Notes: generated by a model from the sequence alone, not told the origin. A stretch of 64,000 nucleotides of DNA from Candidatus Harrisonbacteria bacterium (GCA_016214655.1 JACROC010000004.1:26084-90083), one strand, 5' to 3'; positions 1-10,737 are shown, counted from the stretch's first letter. A program made the numbers and translations.

Positions 1-822
1 GGTTTTTTGGATTAGCAAGAAAAGCAAAAATACATAGACCGCATCCCTAAGCGACTCGGAGGAGGCAATTAAAAAAGCAATTGCCCCGCTTAAAATCGGG
101 CCGACAAAAGGAACGATTTCAAAGATACCGGCCAATAATCCCAAAATTAAACTGTATTTAACGCCAATAAACCACAATCCAATAAATACCGCGAAACCAA
201 CGCTCAAGCTAAGAAATATCTGCCCGTATAACCAGCTGCCGATTTTTGAACGAGTCCGGAAATAAACTTCTAAAACTTTTTCTTCATAACCAGCCGGCAT
301 CACTGCCAATAAAAATTTTTCTACTCCATCCCGGTCAACCGTCAGATAAAAGGAAAGTACAAATACCGCCACCGCCAAAGAAAGCCCCCCAACAAATTTA
401 GAAACAATATCAATAAAAGAAGCGCTGCCGCTTAAAAGAACATTAGTTAACTGGCTCAAACTATCATTGATTAATTTAATAACCCGTTCTGCCTCCGGAA
501 AACTGAAGGCCGGAGTCGGCAATTTGCCGACATTTTTTAAAAGAATGGTCAGTTCAGATAAAGCAAGCGGAACTACGGTATAAAGAATCATCGCGATAAT
601 AGTGATTACCACTATAAAAATACCCAGAGTGCCGACTATGCGCGGGATCCTCCTTCGTTCCAGCCAGCTAACCGAGGTATCCAGGCCCGAAGAAATAACA
701 ATCGATAAAAGAACCGCAATCCAAATATCCAAAGCAAAATAAAGTATGCCGATCAAAGTCAGCATACCCACAATACGCCATAGGCTAGTCCATGTAACTT
801 CAAAACCGCTACTTTTTTCCAT
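1..822 (-). CDS. AI-2E family transporter (PerM/UPF0118-like), partial; C-terminus lies beyond the window start
   Basis: My own minus-strand translation from the ATG at 822 gives a polytopic membrane protein (MEKSSGFEVTWTSLWRIVGMLTLIGILYFALDIWIAVLLS...EIVPFVGPILSGAIAFLIA). That pattern is typical of AI-2E/PerM permeases. No stop codon occurs before the window edge. Confidence 0.5.
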   Translation of the reverse strand, partial: MEKSSGFEVTWTSLWRIVGMLTLIGILYFALDIWIAVLLSIVISSGLDTSVSWLERRRIPRIVGTLGIFIVVITIIAMILYTVVPLALSELTILLKNVGKLPTPAFSFPEAERVIKLINDSLSQLTNVLLSGSASFIDIVSKFVGGLSLAVAVFVLSFYLTVDRDGVEKFLLAVMPAGYEEKVLEVYFRTRSKIGSWLYGQIFLSLSVGFAVFIGLWFIGVKYSLILGLLAGIFEIVPFVGPILSGAIAFLIASSESLRDAVYVFLLFLLIQKT

Positions 823-898
823 AAAAACAATTTATTTTACAACATTTCCTCATTTATTGCAACGTTCCAGCCCCGCTGTTTGTTTCCGAACCAAATTC

Positions 899-2170
899 TT
901 AAATTTTAAGGATTTTTTCAAATTCCTTTTTACCCCTGAAGGGTCCGATTATGGCCAGATTAAGATAATCTTTCCTGATAATATCTTTTGCAACTTTAAG
1001 CACGTCTTTAGCAGTTACCGTTTCAATCTTTTTAACCGCTTCACGGGGGGTCTGCAATTTCTTATAAAAAACTTCCTGCTGGCCATAAAAAGTCGCCAGC
1101 TCATCCGAAGTCTCCAAACCCATCAGAAATTGGCCGATGATATGATTTTTAGATTTTCTCAACTCCCGTTCACCGACTGGTACTTTCCGAATTTTATCCA
1201 ATTCTCCCAAAACCGCTTTAATAACTTCTGAGGCGCGCTTATTATCCAATCCCGCGCCAATGGCAAAAAATCCATGATCAGTATATAAATTAGATCCAGC
1301 CCTAACATAATATGCAGCTCCCATCTGATCACGAATCAACTGAAAAAGACGGGAGCTCATTCCTCCGCCGAGAACATCTTCCAGTACTTCAAGGGCATAC
1401 CGTCTTTTATCAAACATATTAAAAGCCCGGAATCCCAAGCGGATATGGGTCTGATCGGATTCTTTATAATGAACTAGGGTAGTTGGTTTTTTCTGACTAT
1501 CAACGGTTTTTGATTTGGAAAATTTCTTGGCAACAGGAGTATCTTTAAATAATTCCTTAATTTTTCCGAGTATTTCTTTTTCATTAAAAGCGCCCGCGAT
1601 AACTACGGTAGTGGCTTTGGCCACGTAATGCTGGCTGCGATACCTCACGATTTCCTCCCTTTTCAAAGAGCGGATAATCTCTTTTCTCCCGGCTATATCC
1701 CACCCCGCCGGCTGATCGCCGTAAAGGAGTTCAGAAAAAAGATCGCCGACTTTTCTCATCGGGTTATCTTCGTACATATTAATTTCTTCGATGATCACCC
1801 CCTTCTCTTTTTCTATCTCGGCCGGAACGAAAACCGGATTTAAATACAGATCAGAAACAATTTCCAGAACTTTACCCAGATGCTTGGAAGCAACCTTGGC
1901 AAAATAACCGGTCACCTCTTGCCCGGTAAAAGCATTAGAAACCGCGCCCAATGATTCCAATTCCGAATTAATCACTAAAGCTGTCGGTCTTTTCTTGGTG
2001 CCCTTAAAACACAAATGCTCCAAAAAATGCGAGATGCCATTGATATTCTTTTTTTCGTACTTCGAACCAGCTTCTACCAAAACCAAAACAGTTGAGGCCA
2101 GGCTTTGATGTTGCGGAACCAATACGACCCTCAAGCCGCTTGGCAATATATAACGCTTAAATAAATGCAT
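899..2170 (-). CDS. M16 family zinc peptidase (insulinase-like)
   Basis: 423 aa. The inverted zinc motif HFLEH (HxxEH) sits near the N-terminus within an M16-like peptidase fold. Confidence 0.8.
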   Translation of the reverse strand: MHLFKRYILPSGLRVVLVPQHQSLASTVLVLVEAGSKYEKKNINGISHFLEHLCFKGTKKRPTALVINSELESLGAVSNAFTGQEVTGYFAKVASKHLGKVLEIVSDLYLNPVFVPAEIEKEKGVIIEEINMYEDNPMRKVGDLFSELLYGDQPAGWDIAGRKEIIRSLKREEIVRYRSQHYVAKATTVVIAGAFNEKEILGKIKELFKDTPVAKKFSKSKTVDSQKKPTTLVHYKESDQTHIRLGFRAFNMFDKRRYALEVLEDVLGGGMSSRLFQLIRDQMGAAYYVRAGSNLYTDHGFFAIGAGLDNKRASEVIKAVLGELDKIRKVPVGERELRKSKNHIIGQFLMGLETSDELATFYGQQEVFYKKLQTPREAVKKIETVTAKDVLKVAKDIIRKDYLNLAIIGPFRGKKEFEKILKI

Positions 2171-2175
2171 TGTAT

Positions 2176-3507
2176 TTAACCTAATTTATCTTTAAGATAC
2201 CTTTTTAATTCGCCAATTTTGGTCCTCTCCTGCTTCATCGTATCCCGATCCCGCACTGTTACTGCATTATCTTCCAAACTTTCAAAATCAACTGTCACGC
2301 AATATGGAGTGCCTATTTCATCCTGCCGGCGGTAACGTTTGCCAATACTTTGCGTCTCATCATACTCACAAACAAGATCTTTGATCAGATCGGCGTAAAT
2401 CTCTCTGGCTTTGTCGGATAAGTTCTCTTTTTTTGATAACGGCAGAATCGCAACCTTAACCGGCGCCAGCCATTTTGGAAATCTCATCATCACCCGCAAA
2501 TCAGTCTCGCCCTCTTCTGCAGTCGGCGCCTGCTCTTCCTGATACGCCTCCAGCATCGCTACCAAAACCGTCCGGTCCACGCCCCAAGTCGGCTCAATAA
2601 CGTGCGGCAGAAACTTCTCCCCGGTTTCCGGATCAGTATATTCCAGATCCTGTCCGCTTTTTTCCATATGATTTTTCAAATCAAAATTTCCGCGATACGC
2701 TAAACCATAAAGCTCGCTTTCACCAAAAGGAAAGTTGTATTCAATATCCACGGTGCGCTTGGAGTAATGGGCGCGGTCTCCCTCCGGGATCTCGTGATAA
2801 TGAACTTTATCTCCAGCAACACCTAAATCTTTCAGCCATCTTTTCATCTCTTCCAGCCAATGGTTAAAGTAAGTCTCCCAATCTTTTTCTTCTATAAAAT
2901 ATTCAATTTCCATTTGCTCAAATTCCCGGGTGCGGAAAATGAAATTTCCCGGGGTAATCTCATTCCGGAAAGCCTTGCCAACCTGGGCAATGCCGAATGG
3001 CAGCCGTTTCCTGGATGTTTCCAAAATATTTTTAAAATTCACAAACATTCCTTGGGCAGTTTCCGGACGCAAATAAGCCAAAGCTGACTGGTCCTCAACC
3101 GGACCGATAAAAGTTTTAAAAAGCATATTGAACTGCCGCGGAGCGGTGAGTTCACCTCCGCAAGACGGACACTTGTCGCCCTTGACATGATCCCAGCGAA
3201 AACGGAGATGACAACTTCGGCATTCAACCAGCGGATCGGTAAAATGCTGAACATGGCCGACCGCTTCCCAGACTTTCGGGTTCATAATCAGGGCCGTATC
3301 CACGCCTAAAACATCCGGCCGATTATGGACAAACCTCCGCCACCACTCGCGTTTGATATTATTTTTCAGCTCTATACCTAAAGGCCCGTAATCCCAAGAA
3401 TTAGCAAGTCCGCCATAAATATCCGAACCGGGAAAAATAAAACCCCGCCTCTTGCATAAGGAAATAATCTTATTCATTAAATCATTGTTTTGAATATTTT
3501 TTTCCAT
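2176..3507 (-). CDS. glyQS: glycine--tRNA ligase (dimeric class II GlyQS type)
   Basis: 443 aa. The N-terminus CKRRGFIFPGSDIYGGLANSWDYGPLG and class II motifs match the bacterial single-chain GlyRS. Confidence 0.9.
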   Translation of the reverse strand: MEKNIQNNDLMNKIISLCKRRGFIFPGSDIYGGLANSWDYGPLGIELKNNIKREWWRRFVHNRPDVLGVDTALIMNPKVWEAVGHVQHFTDPLVECRSCHLRFRWDHVKGDKCPSCGGELTAPRQFNMLFKTFIGPVEDQSALAYLRPETAQGMFVNFKNILETSRKRLPFGIAQVGKAFRNEITPGNFIFRTREFEQMEIEYFIEEKDWETYFNHWLEEMKRWLKDLGVAGDKVHYHEIPEGDRAHYSKRTVDIEYNFPFGESELYGLAYRGNFDLKNHMEKSGQDLEYTDPETGEKFLPHVIEPTWGVDRTVLVAMLEAYQEEQAPTAEEGETDLRVMMRFPKWLAPVKVAILPLSKKENLSDKAREIYADLIKDLVCEYDETQSIGKRYRRQDEIGTPYCVTVDFESLEDNAVTVRDRDTMKQERTKIGELKRYLKDKLG

Positions 3508-3649
3508 ATTAAAATCCTGAATTCGAATATCAAAATCCTAAATAATAATTAAATTCTAATTTAAAAAATTCAAAACTTGTTTTAATCATTTGAGTTTATA
3601 AATTTTGGATTTGTTTAGAATTTCATGCTTAGTGCTTCGAATTTACAGC

Positions 3650-5350
3650 CTATGGCTGTATGACTCCTCCCTGCTGGCCGACTGTCACATCATCCGGAAG
3701 AGCGGTGGTAATTGGAAGATCGCTGCCCGCCAACTCCCGATTCGTAAAATTATCTAACGCCCGCAGATTAGATTGGCTGATCAGCTGCATATAGTTGCCA
3801 ATGCTTTCACTGGTCGGAATTGCCTCTATCTGGAAAATTGCTTCCAAGGGATTACTCACCACTCCTTGATTGGCTGAAACTTTATCAATCCGCCAGACAA
3901 TCTCATTGGTAGCCAACTCCATAAACGGCACGGAAGAAACATTGCTTTTCGGTTGGCCGACTATTTTAACATTATTACCCAGGGACGCGCGCACTTCAAC
4001 ATTAGAGATGTCAGTCGCAGAATTCTTCAAAACCCAGTGAATGGTAAAATTAGTGGGTTGACCGACTTTCGGCGGCATTGATCCTTTGTTCAAAATTCCC
4101 GATTCCGCATCGCGAAAAAAAGCGCGGGCATCTAAAACAACGTTTCCTAATACTTTAGTTTCTAATTTCTTCTTGCTGATAACCTTGCCGCCAGATTCAA
4201 TTTCAATATCAACCACCAGCAAAAAGTTTTTATCGCTAAACCGCCTGATCGGATAATTATCTTTGGTCTTAATATTAAAATTTATAACTCCGGCGCTCCC
4301 CGGATTAAGAACAGCAAGTGCTGGCGTATTAGCCGGGTTCCAAATCAGCATATTATCGGCAGACCGGAAAAATCCTTGAGTCTGAATAGTGCTTATATCA
4401 TACATTTCTCCCAGTAGCTGAGCGCGGATTACAACATCTCCGAGGGCGGCATCCGTATTATTAATGTAACTGATAGTATAGTTCAGCGTATCGCCGGATT
4501 TAGAAAAATATTCCGTATCACTATTCAAATGAATTGCCATTGATAGAGGGGACGAAGCAATCGTAACCGGCGCTGTCTTGGAATTCACCAAATAACTCTG
4601 CCCGGCGATTCCGGTAGAAAGGTTGGATTTAAATTCAAAAGTATCCCCCTCGCTTCCGATCAGACTGCCCTTAATGGTAAATTTGCCTTCGGAATTTTTC
4701 CGAAGATCGCCGAGCCGCCAAATATTATTCTCGCTGTCCGGCTTCAAAGAGGCACTGGCAAAGGAAAAACTTGGCGGATATTCCAACTTTAATTCTAAAT
4801 TGGAAAAATCGATATCGGAAATATTCCGATACACAACTCCAATCTCAAACGCATCCCCGCTCACCACCCTTTCCGGCGCCGTCATTTCCACATTAACACC
4901 CGAAGACTTCACAAACACCAAAATGGTTTTACTTTTTTCAAATCTGGCACCCAGAGATTGGGTGGCATAATTAATAGTGGCTTTAAATTCTTTGGTGCTT
5001 TTTTCCGGAGAAAAAACTGCCAAACGGTAACTCTCCTGTACCAGACCGCCTATACCAACATTACCGAGAAATTTATTATCAATGGTTTTCTTAGCATCAC
5101 TGCCAAAAAAAGCCGCCCCATCCGGAAGAGCAACGCTCAGCCGCGCGTCTTTCAGAACCGTTCCGGAATTATTACTGAAATTAATTTTCAAATCGAACGG
5201 TTCACCGCTGAATACTTCTGTTGGCGCCTCCAGATCAAAATTCAAGCCACGGATGCTTTGGAAGTGGTAAATATAAAATATACTGACAACGGAAATAACC
5301 GCCAAAATAGCGATGGCTGCCAGCGTTAAATTATTTCTAAACTTTTTCAT
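3650..5350 (-). CDS. hypothetical large membrane-anchored extracytoplasmic protein
   Basis: ORF 3650..5404. The likely start is the internal ATG at 5350 (MKKFRNNLTLAAIAILAVISVV signal-anchor), which abuts the RecO stop. No domain recognised. Confidence 0.45.
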   Translation of the reverse strand: MKKFRNNLTLAAIAILAVISVVSIFYIYHFQSIRGLNFDLEAPTEVFSGEPFDLKINFSNNSGTVLKDARLSVALPDGAAFFGSDAKKTIDNKFLGNVGIGGLVQESYRLAVFSPEKSTKEFKATINYATQSLGARFEKSKTILVFVKSSGVNVEMTAPERVVSGDAFEIGVVYRNISDIDFSNLELKLEYPPSFSFASASLKPDSENNIWRLGDLRKNSEGKFTIKGSLIGSEGDTFEFKSNLSTGIAGQSYLVNSKTAPVTIASSPLSMAIHLNSDTEYFSKSGDTLNYTISYINNTDAALGDVVIRAQLLGEMYDISTIQTQGFFRSADNMLIWNPANTPALAVLNPGSAGVINFNIKTKDNYPIRRFSDKNFLLVVDIEIESGGKVISKKKLETKVLGNVVLDARAFFRDAESGILNKGSMPPKVGQPTNFTIHWVLKNSATDISNVEVRASLGNNVKIVGQPKSNVSSVPFMELATNEIVWRIDKVSANQGVVSNPLEAIFQIEAIPTSESIGNYMQLISQSNLRALDNFTNRELAGSDLPITTALPDDVTVGQQGGVIQP

Positions 5351-5907
5351 ATCAAAATAAATTTTTCTTTTGAAACTTGGGAGCTTAAGGAACAGCTCCG
5401 GCAAACAAACAAATTATCGCTGGCATAAAAAAATTCCGGCTGAGACCCGAAACAAAACTGGCAATTAGCAAATTCCGGATCCAAACCCAAAAACTTTAAG
5501 ATATCCTTTTTGGTTGCCGAAACAGTTCCATCAATAATCTCATTTAAAAAATTCCAAAGTTCAAAGTCCGGAACAGCCTCCGGCACTATCCCAGCTAAAA
5601 AATCCAGAGCTACCAGCGCTTCGCGCAATTTGTTTACGCCAACCCGTTTGAATTCCGGCACATCAATTGCAAGCGCATCAACTAGCTGAAAACTCCTGCC
5701 GTCAAAAATATCTTTTTTTGAAACCAAGCGAACCGTAACTCGCCTGTGCGGCTCGAGATGAGAAGCTAATTTAGAAGTTATTTTTCTCAAGCTGGTTGCC
5801 TTAGTAGAAATTCTGCCCAGATCCTTGGTAAATAAAAAAACTCGGCTGTCATGTTCGCCAAGATCTTCTTTTTTTAAAACTATCGCCTCGGTAATGACTT
5901 CTATCAT
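5347..5907 (-). CDS. recO: DNA repair protein RecO
   Basis: 186 aa. It has an N-terminal OB-fold-like region and a C-terminal Cys4 zinc finger (CQFC...CRSC), as in RecO. Confidence 0.7.
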   Translation of the reverse strand: MIEVITEAIVLKKEDLGEHDSRVFLFTKDLGRISTKATSLRKITSKLASHLEPHRRVTVRLVSKKDIFDGRSFQLVDALAIDVPEFKRVGVNKLREALVALDFLAGIVPEAVPDFELWNFLNEIIDGTVSATKKDILKFLGLDPEFANCQFCFGSQPEFFYASDNLFVCRSCSLSSQVSKEKFILI

Positions 5908-5961
5908 ATTAAAGATTCTTTTATAAATTATAAACCAATTTTCAAAATAAAAAAACTCCTT

Positions 5962-6474
5962 TTAATCGGAGTTATTCTCTATTCTCATCTTTAACGGCGG
6001 TCCATTACCGACCGGATCGAGCACCAGCAAAACCGAAGTTATCTTCCCTTCCTTCAAAAGCCGCTCCGGCTCAAGCAGGTAAACCCGCACCAAGCTTCCT
6101 TTTCGGCTGCTCATCCAACGCCCGTCAATAGATAATTGAAGATCAACTATCACCCATCCAGATCTAGACTGCGTCAGCCAAACCCTGATGACTGCTTCAT
6201 GCCCCAAAACCGATTGCTCAAGCACGGCCATGGTTGGCGCAAACGGATCATTTAAATATGCGGTTGCCGAACCCAGTACCACTGAAACCGATGTGATGTA
6301 TTTATTTTTCCAATCCTGAACATCGTTGCTTGGAACCGCAGAAAATGGTTCCTGACTAGCAACTATAAAATTTTTCTTGTAATCCGGCCACACCAAAGTA
6401 CTGGAAGAAGTGTCAGCAAAAGAAAGTTCTGCCAGCCCGAATAATAAGCATAAAACCACAATGACTCTCTTCAT
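5962..6474 (-). CDS. hypothetical secreted protein
   Basis: 170 aa with an N-terminal signal peptide (MKRVIVVLCLLFGLAELSFA). Confidence 0.45.
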   Translation of the reverse strand: MKRVIVVLCLLFGLAELSFADTSSSTLVWPDYKKNFIVASQEPFSAVPSNDVQDWKNKYITSVSVVLGSATAYLNDPFAPTMAVLEQSVLGHEAVIRVWLTQSRSGWVIVDLQLSIDGRWMSSRKGSLVRVYLLEPERLLKEGKITSVLLVLDPVGNGPPLKMRIENNSD

Positions 6475-6786
6475 TACCCCTCTTATTTTTCAAATCACCT
6501 TGTTAAAATATAAGTCATACCAGAAAATAAGGCAATAGATAACCGGACAGCCAGAATTTTCTGAAAGCCAGATTTTGGTGCAGGATACTGAAAATAGTTC
6601 GAACCCATTTGCCCCGAAATTAAACGCGGCTCCGCCGCGCCGATAAAAACTGCCAAAGAACCTGTTAAAAACATCGGCTCGAACCATATTTTACGAAACC
6701 GCCAATTCCTTTTTGAGCCCAAAGTTCCGTATAACTTGGTCGCCGACCCCGCTTTTGCGGGGGAGGCGTGTTTGACATTTCCTAAA

Positions 6787-6872
6787 TGGTGCGCGAGAGA
6801 GGAGTTGAACCTCCACGCCCTTGCGGGCACAGCCACCTCAAGGCTGCGTGTATGCCGTTTCACCACTCGCGC
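6787..6872 (-). tRNA. tRNA-Leu(GAG), type II with long variable arm; CCA encoded
   Basis: I folded the reverse complement by hand. The acceptor GCGCGAG/CTCGCGC pairs, the D-stem is 3 bp, the anticodon loop is TTGAGGT, a long variable arm is present, the T-loop is TTCAACT, the discriminator is A, and CCA follows. Confidence 0.8.
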
Positions 6873-7021
6873 ATTATTTTATCTTTTGATTTACCACCGC
6901 CAACGCTTTTTCTATTTTTATGCGCTTGCGCGATAAACAAATAACGTCTTCATCATAATACAATTTAGGCAACAATTTCAATGATTCAGCCTTAGCATAT
7001 TTCAAAGGTATTTAGGCATAT

Positions 7022-7056
7022 AAAAACCGTCTGCTGGTTGGCGGACGGTTTTTATT
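7022..7056. terminator. hairpin flanked by T-runs on both strands; probable terminator of rplS
   Basis: AAACCGTC...GACGGTTTTTATT stem-loop immediately downstream of the rplS stop codon. Confidence 0.4.
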
Positions 7057-7378
7057 GGGAAGAACCGATTTTCTGGCGAGTCTCTTTTCTGGACAGATCC
7101 CGAATATAATATAATTTTGCCCGAGAAACCTTTTTGGGAGACTTTACAATAACTATTTTTTCTATAGCCGGTGAATTAATCGGGTAAACTTTCTCTACCC
7201 CCACCCCCGCTAAAGTCGCCCTGACCGTAAAAGTCGCACCCAGCTCACTGCCGTGCTTTCTGGCCAGCACCAAACCAGAAAATTGCGCAACGCGCTCTTT
7301 ATCTCCCTCCTTAACCTTCTCGAATACCTTAATTATTGCGCCTGATTTTATTTTTTCTAACACTTCTTTAGATAACAT
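7052..7378 (-). CDS. rplS: 50S ribosomal protein L19 (bL19)
   Basis: 108 aa. The sequence (ARKHGSELGATFTVR...VEKVYPINSP...VSRAKLYYIRD) matches bL19. Confidence 0.85.
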   Translation of the reverse strand: MLSKEVLEKIKSGAIIKVFEKVKEGDKERVAQFSGLVLARKHGSELGATFTVRATLAGVGVEKVYPINSPAIEKIVIVKSPKKVSRAKLYYIRDLSRKETRQKIGSSQ

Positions 7379-7418
7379 AATATAGTGTATATTCTAACTA
7401 AGATTAATAAAGGAGTCA

Positions 7419-9548
7419 ATGGTGGTTTTATGTTATTTTTATATTATGAATCCCAAGAAAAATATATCTAAATTAATCGCGGACATCAGACCTCCGTGCC
7501 AGCCAATAGCTATCCCGGAAGAAACTGCCTGGGAACAGACGAGGGCTGAACTGGCAGCTGAACTGCCGCCTCCACCGCCAAAGATTAAATTCCAACAAAA
7601 AACCCTCCGCAAAACCATCCCGTATCTTAAGATAACTTTTGCGGCTTTAGCCTTAACAACTGGAATATACGCAGCCGCGGTTATTGATTTTAAAGAAACT
7701 GCTATCAAATCTTTTTCAGTCGTATATCAAGAAGCTCATAAAATAAAGGCGGCTCTCATAAAATTTAAGCCCGACGAGATTATAAGTTCCCTAAAACTGA
7801 CGGAGCTAGAAATAAAATCAGTAAAAGAAAAGGCGGAAGTTATCGGCCTACCGGAAGCGTCGTCCCTGCTAGGCAATTTTATATCAAAATTAAAACCGGT
7901 GCGCGGGACAATAGAAAATTTATCAATTGCCAGCGAAAGGGCCAGAACCATTGCGGAAAATCTGAACTCAATTTTAAAAAGCAGCTCCAGCCTGATAACT
8001 AATAATCGAGGCCAGGAGCTGATCAAAATATTAAAACAAATATCCAGCGACCTGACACTTCTCGGAAATCTGGGTCCGGAATTTAAAAACCAAGTCACAA
8101 GTTTAAGTTCTCTTACTCCGGAGCTATCATCCTTGTCCGGACTGCTGGAAAAAAATTATATTCCCCTTAGTTTAAATATTTACCGGACCAGAGACTTTTT
8201 GGACGGACTGATTGCGCTCCTGGAATATCCGGGGGATAAACATATTTTACTTATATTCCAAAATCAAACCGAAATGCGCCCGGCCGGCGGATTTATAGGA
8301 AGTTATGGCGACCTGACCATCAACCGGGGCAATTTAAAAGATGTCAAAGTAGATGACATTTACAACGCCGACCGTCAGCTAAATCTGAAATTAATTCCAC
8401 CGCTGGAACTCCGGGGAATCACTAAAACTTGGGGCGCCCGGGACGCCAACTGGTTCTTTGATTTTCCAACCTCCGCAAGAAAAGTAACTGAGCTACTGGA
8501 ACAAGCCGATCTTCATTATTTAAATGGAATCAGGTTTGACGGAGCGATTGCAATAAATACCAAAGTTCTGGGAACTCTTATAGATTCAGCCGGACCGATC
8601 AGGCTGGCAAATTATAATCTAACCCTAAACCGGCAAAATTTCCTTCAAGAACTTCAATACGAAGTAGAAGCCGGACGCGATAAAAAGCCGGGCCAAAATC
8701 CTAAAAAAATCCTGTCCGCACTAACCCCCTTATTGTTGGAAAAATTAAATAACCTTTCGGAAACCCAGAAAGATGTTTTAGTTGAAAAAATCAAGAACCA
8801 TTTTCTGGAAAAAGATATCATGATTTATTTCAAAGACTTCGACCTGCAAAATTTCGTTGAAAACCTGGGAGTGGCCGGAGAGGTAGCGCATCTGCCAAGG
8901 AATTTCTCCGGAGATTATCTGGCGATCGTCAACTCCAATATCGCCGCCGGCAAAACCGACGCTTTCATTGATCAAAAGATCAAACTACAAAGCCAAATCT
9001 CAGCGGAGGGAAAAATTATCAACGACTTAGTGATTTCCCGCATGCATAACGGCCAGAACGAGAAAGACTGGTGGTATAAAGTAAATAACAAAAATTATTT
9101 AAAAATCTTGGTTCCGGAAAAATCCAAACTCGCTTACGTTCAGGGCAACGACCCGCCCCCGGCTGTAAATGCCGCCGATTATTCAAGCTACGAGTATGAT
9201 GCCGATCTGCAGGCCGTAGAAAAAACGGCGGTTTTCATAGATAAATTCAAAACCCAGGTTGAACGGGAATTCGGCAAAGTATCTTTTGGTACTTGGTCTA
9301 ACACCCCCGCAGGCAAAACTAAAAATTTGAAAATATCTTATGAAAACGGGGTGAAATTGTCGGTTAGAAGCGGCATGCCATATGAATTTATTTTTGAAAA
9401 ACAATCTGGCTCTGACAGTATGCTGGATTACTCCGTTACCGCCCCCCCGGGATATCACTGGAAAGAATCAGGGAAAGAAATCTTTGAATACAGCACCAAA
9501 GAGCTTAAGACCAGAGAAATTATAAAGCTCACATTGACTAACTCCTGA
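7419..9548 (+). CDS. DUF4012-like large membrane-anchored protein
   Basis: It has an N-terminal TM segment. The motif EMRPAGGFIGSYGDLTINRG resembles the DUF4012 signature (RPxGGFIGSYG). The start could instead be ATG 7446 or GTG 7422. Confidence 0.55.
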   Translation: MVVLCYFYIMNPKKNISKLIADIRPPCQPIAIPEETAWEQTRAELAAELPPPPPKIKFQQKTLRKTIPYLKITFAALALTTGIYAAAVIDFKETAIKSFSVVYQEAHKIKAALIKFKPDEIISSLKLTELEIKSVKEKAEVIGLPEASSLLGNFISKLKPVRGTIENLSIASERARTIAENLNSILKSSSSLITNNRGQELIKILKQISSDLTLLGNLGPEFKNQVTSLSSLTPELSSLSGLLEKNYIPLSLNIYRTRDFLDGLIALLEYPGDKHILLIFQNQTEMRPAGGFIGSYGDLTINRGNLKDVKVDDIYNADRQLNLKLIPPLELRGITKTWGARDANWFFDFPTSARKVTELLEQADLHYLNGIRFDGAIAINTKVLGTLIDSAGPIRLANYNLTLNRQNFLQELQYEVEAGRDKKPGQNPKKILSALTPLLLEKLNNLSETQKDVLVEKIKNHFLEKDIMIYFKDFDLQNFVENLGVAGEVAHLPRNFSGDYLAIVNSNIAAGKTDAFIDQKIKLQSQISAEGKIINDLVISRMHNGQNEKDWWYKVNNKNYLKILVPEKSKLAYVQGNDPPPAVNAADYSSYEYDADLQAVEKTAVFIDKFKTQVEREFGKVSFGTWSNTPAGKTKNLKISYENGVKLSVRSGMPYEFIFEKQSGSDSMLDYSVTAPPGYHWKESGKEIFEYSTKELKTREIIKLTLTNS

Positions 9549-9554
9549 AAACCA

Positions 9555-9585
9555 AAAGTCCCCCAAAGGAGGGACTTTTAGATTG
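9555..9585 (+). terminator. rho-independent terminator after the DUF4012 gene
   Basis: AAAGTCCC-CCAAAGGA-GGGACTTTTAGATT hairpin with a U-tail. Confidence 0.5.
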
Positions 9586-9694
9586 ATTATGAAAAGTATA
9601 CATTAAATTTTCAGAGTGTTTGTGAGGTTGATAGCACTCTAAAAATTCAATGTCTACATAATATGAAACCAGAATTCCAGTTAAAAAGTAACAG

Positions 9695-10039
9695 CTACTC
9701 CTTTCTCATCCACATGGATTTATAAGCAACCAGGCTCCTGCCCAAATCTCTTAAAATTAAAGCGAGTACGCCTAAGATAATTAAAATAGACACCTGCGTC
9801 AGCGGACGAGTACCCAGAAAAGATACCGCTAAATATTTTAAGACCGGCACGTAGCCATTCTCTGCCACCGTGCCGATATTCTGCAGCACCCGGCTGACAA
9901 ATACATTTTTAGCAAAAATCTGTATAGCAAGGGCAAAAAACAGAACCTGCAATAAAATCAGCGGCACAATCCGGCGGAAGAACCAAACTACATAAACTTT
10001 CCACAAAATACGATTTTTAACTGCTTCACTATTATTCAT
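9695..10039 (-). CDS. small polytopic membrane protein, possible anti-sigma factor
   Basis: 114 aa with TM segments. It lies immediately downstream of the ECF sigma factor gene on the same strand. The function is inferred from position only. Confidence 0.3.
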   Translation of the reverse strand: MNNSEAVKNRILWKVYVVWFFRRIVPLILLQVLFFALAIQIFAKNVFVSRVLQNIGTVAENGYVPVLKYLAVSFLGTRPLTQVSILIILGVLALILRDLGRSLVAYKSMWMRKE

Positions 10040-10049
10040 ATATCAATAT

Positions 10050-10601
10050 TTAGATATCAGTGCTCAATTTTTTAAATAATCTTTTAGCCCGGAAAAGGCG
10101 CATTTTTAATGTCGGAATGGAAATCTTTTCCAGTTTGCAAATATCAGCGTAGGATTTGTCATCCAAATAATAATATTTTAAAACCCTCCCCAGATGTTCC
10201 GGCATTTTGGCAATAACTTCCTGAACTGCGGATTTAGCATCGTGGATAGTCGCCAAATCGTGATTTTCTTCCAAAGTATCCTCATACAAAAGCGGGTCAA
10301 GATATTCCACATTGCTGCCGCTTTTCTTTAGTTTTTGATAATGAGTGAAAGCGGTATTCATCAAAATCTTATAAGCCCAACTCTTAAATTCAATGCCCTC
10401 TTCTTTTTTAAACTTGTGGCCATAACGGTAAATCTTGGCAAAAGTCTCCTGAACAATATCTTCCGATTCTTCCTGATTGCGCAAAACGCCAAGCGCCTTG
10501 CGTAAAAAAGCCGCCTGGTACTTATCTACCAGCAAAGAAAAATAAGACGGGTCGTCCTGAGACAAGCGTAAAATCTCTTCGTCTTTAAGCGTATTTTCCA
10601 T
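10050..10601 (-). CDS. ECF-type RNA polymerase sigma factor (sigma-70 regions 2 and 4)
   Basis: 183 aa. Region 2 reads DIVQETFAKIYR and region 4 reads SYADICKLEKISIPTLKMRLFRAKRL. Confidence 0.8.
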   Translation of the reverse strand: MENTLKDEEILRLSQDDPSYFSLLVDKYQAAFLRKALGVLRNQEESEDIVQETFAKIYRYGHKFKKEEGIEFKSWAYKILMNTAFTHYQKLKKSGSNVEYLDPLLYEDTLEENHDLATIHDAKSAVQEVIAKMPEHLGRVLKYYYLDDKSYADICKLEKISIPTLKMRLFRAKRLFKKLSTDI

Positions 10602-10662
10602 AATAGAACTATTATATATAACTACCAGGGAATTAAAAAGTTCCCGGAGAAAAAGAATAATT

Positions 10663-10737
10663 TGGTGCGCGGTAGAAGGATCGGACTTCTGGCCTCGTCG
10701 ATGTCAACGACGCGCTCTACCACTGAGCTAACCGCGC
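10663..10737 (-). tRNA. tRNA-Val(GAC); CCA encoded
   Basis: Reverse complement GCGCGGTTAGCTCAGTGGTAGAGCGCGTCGTTGACATCGACG...GCGCACCA forms a cloverleaf with anticodon loop TTGACAT. Confidence 0.8.

Noticed and set aside
746-1231. 161-aa +strand ORF
   Set aside because: It lies entirely inside, and antisense to, the well-supported M16 peptidase gene. It has low-complexity composition and no recognisable fold.
6495-6866. 123-aa minus-strand ORF
   Set aside because: Its 5' part runs straight through tRNA-Leu(GAG) at 6787-6872. At most a short downstream remnant could be real, and there is no support for that.
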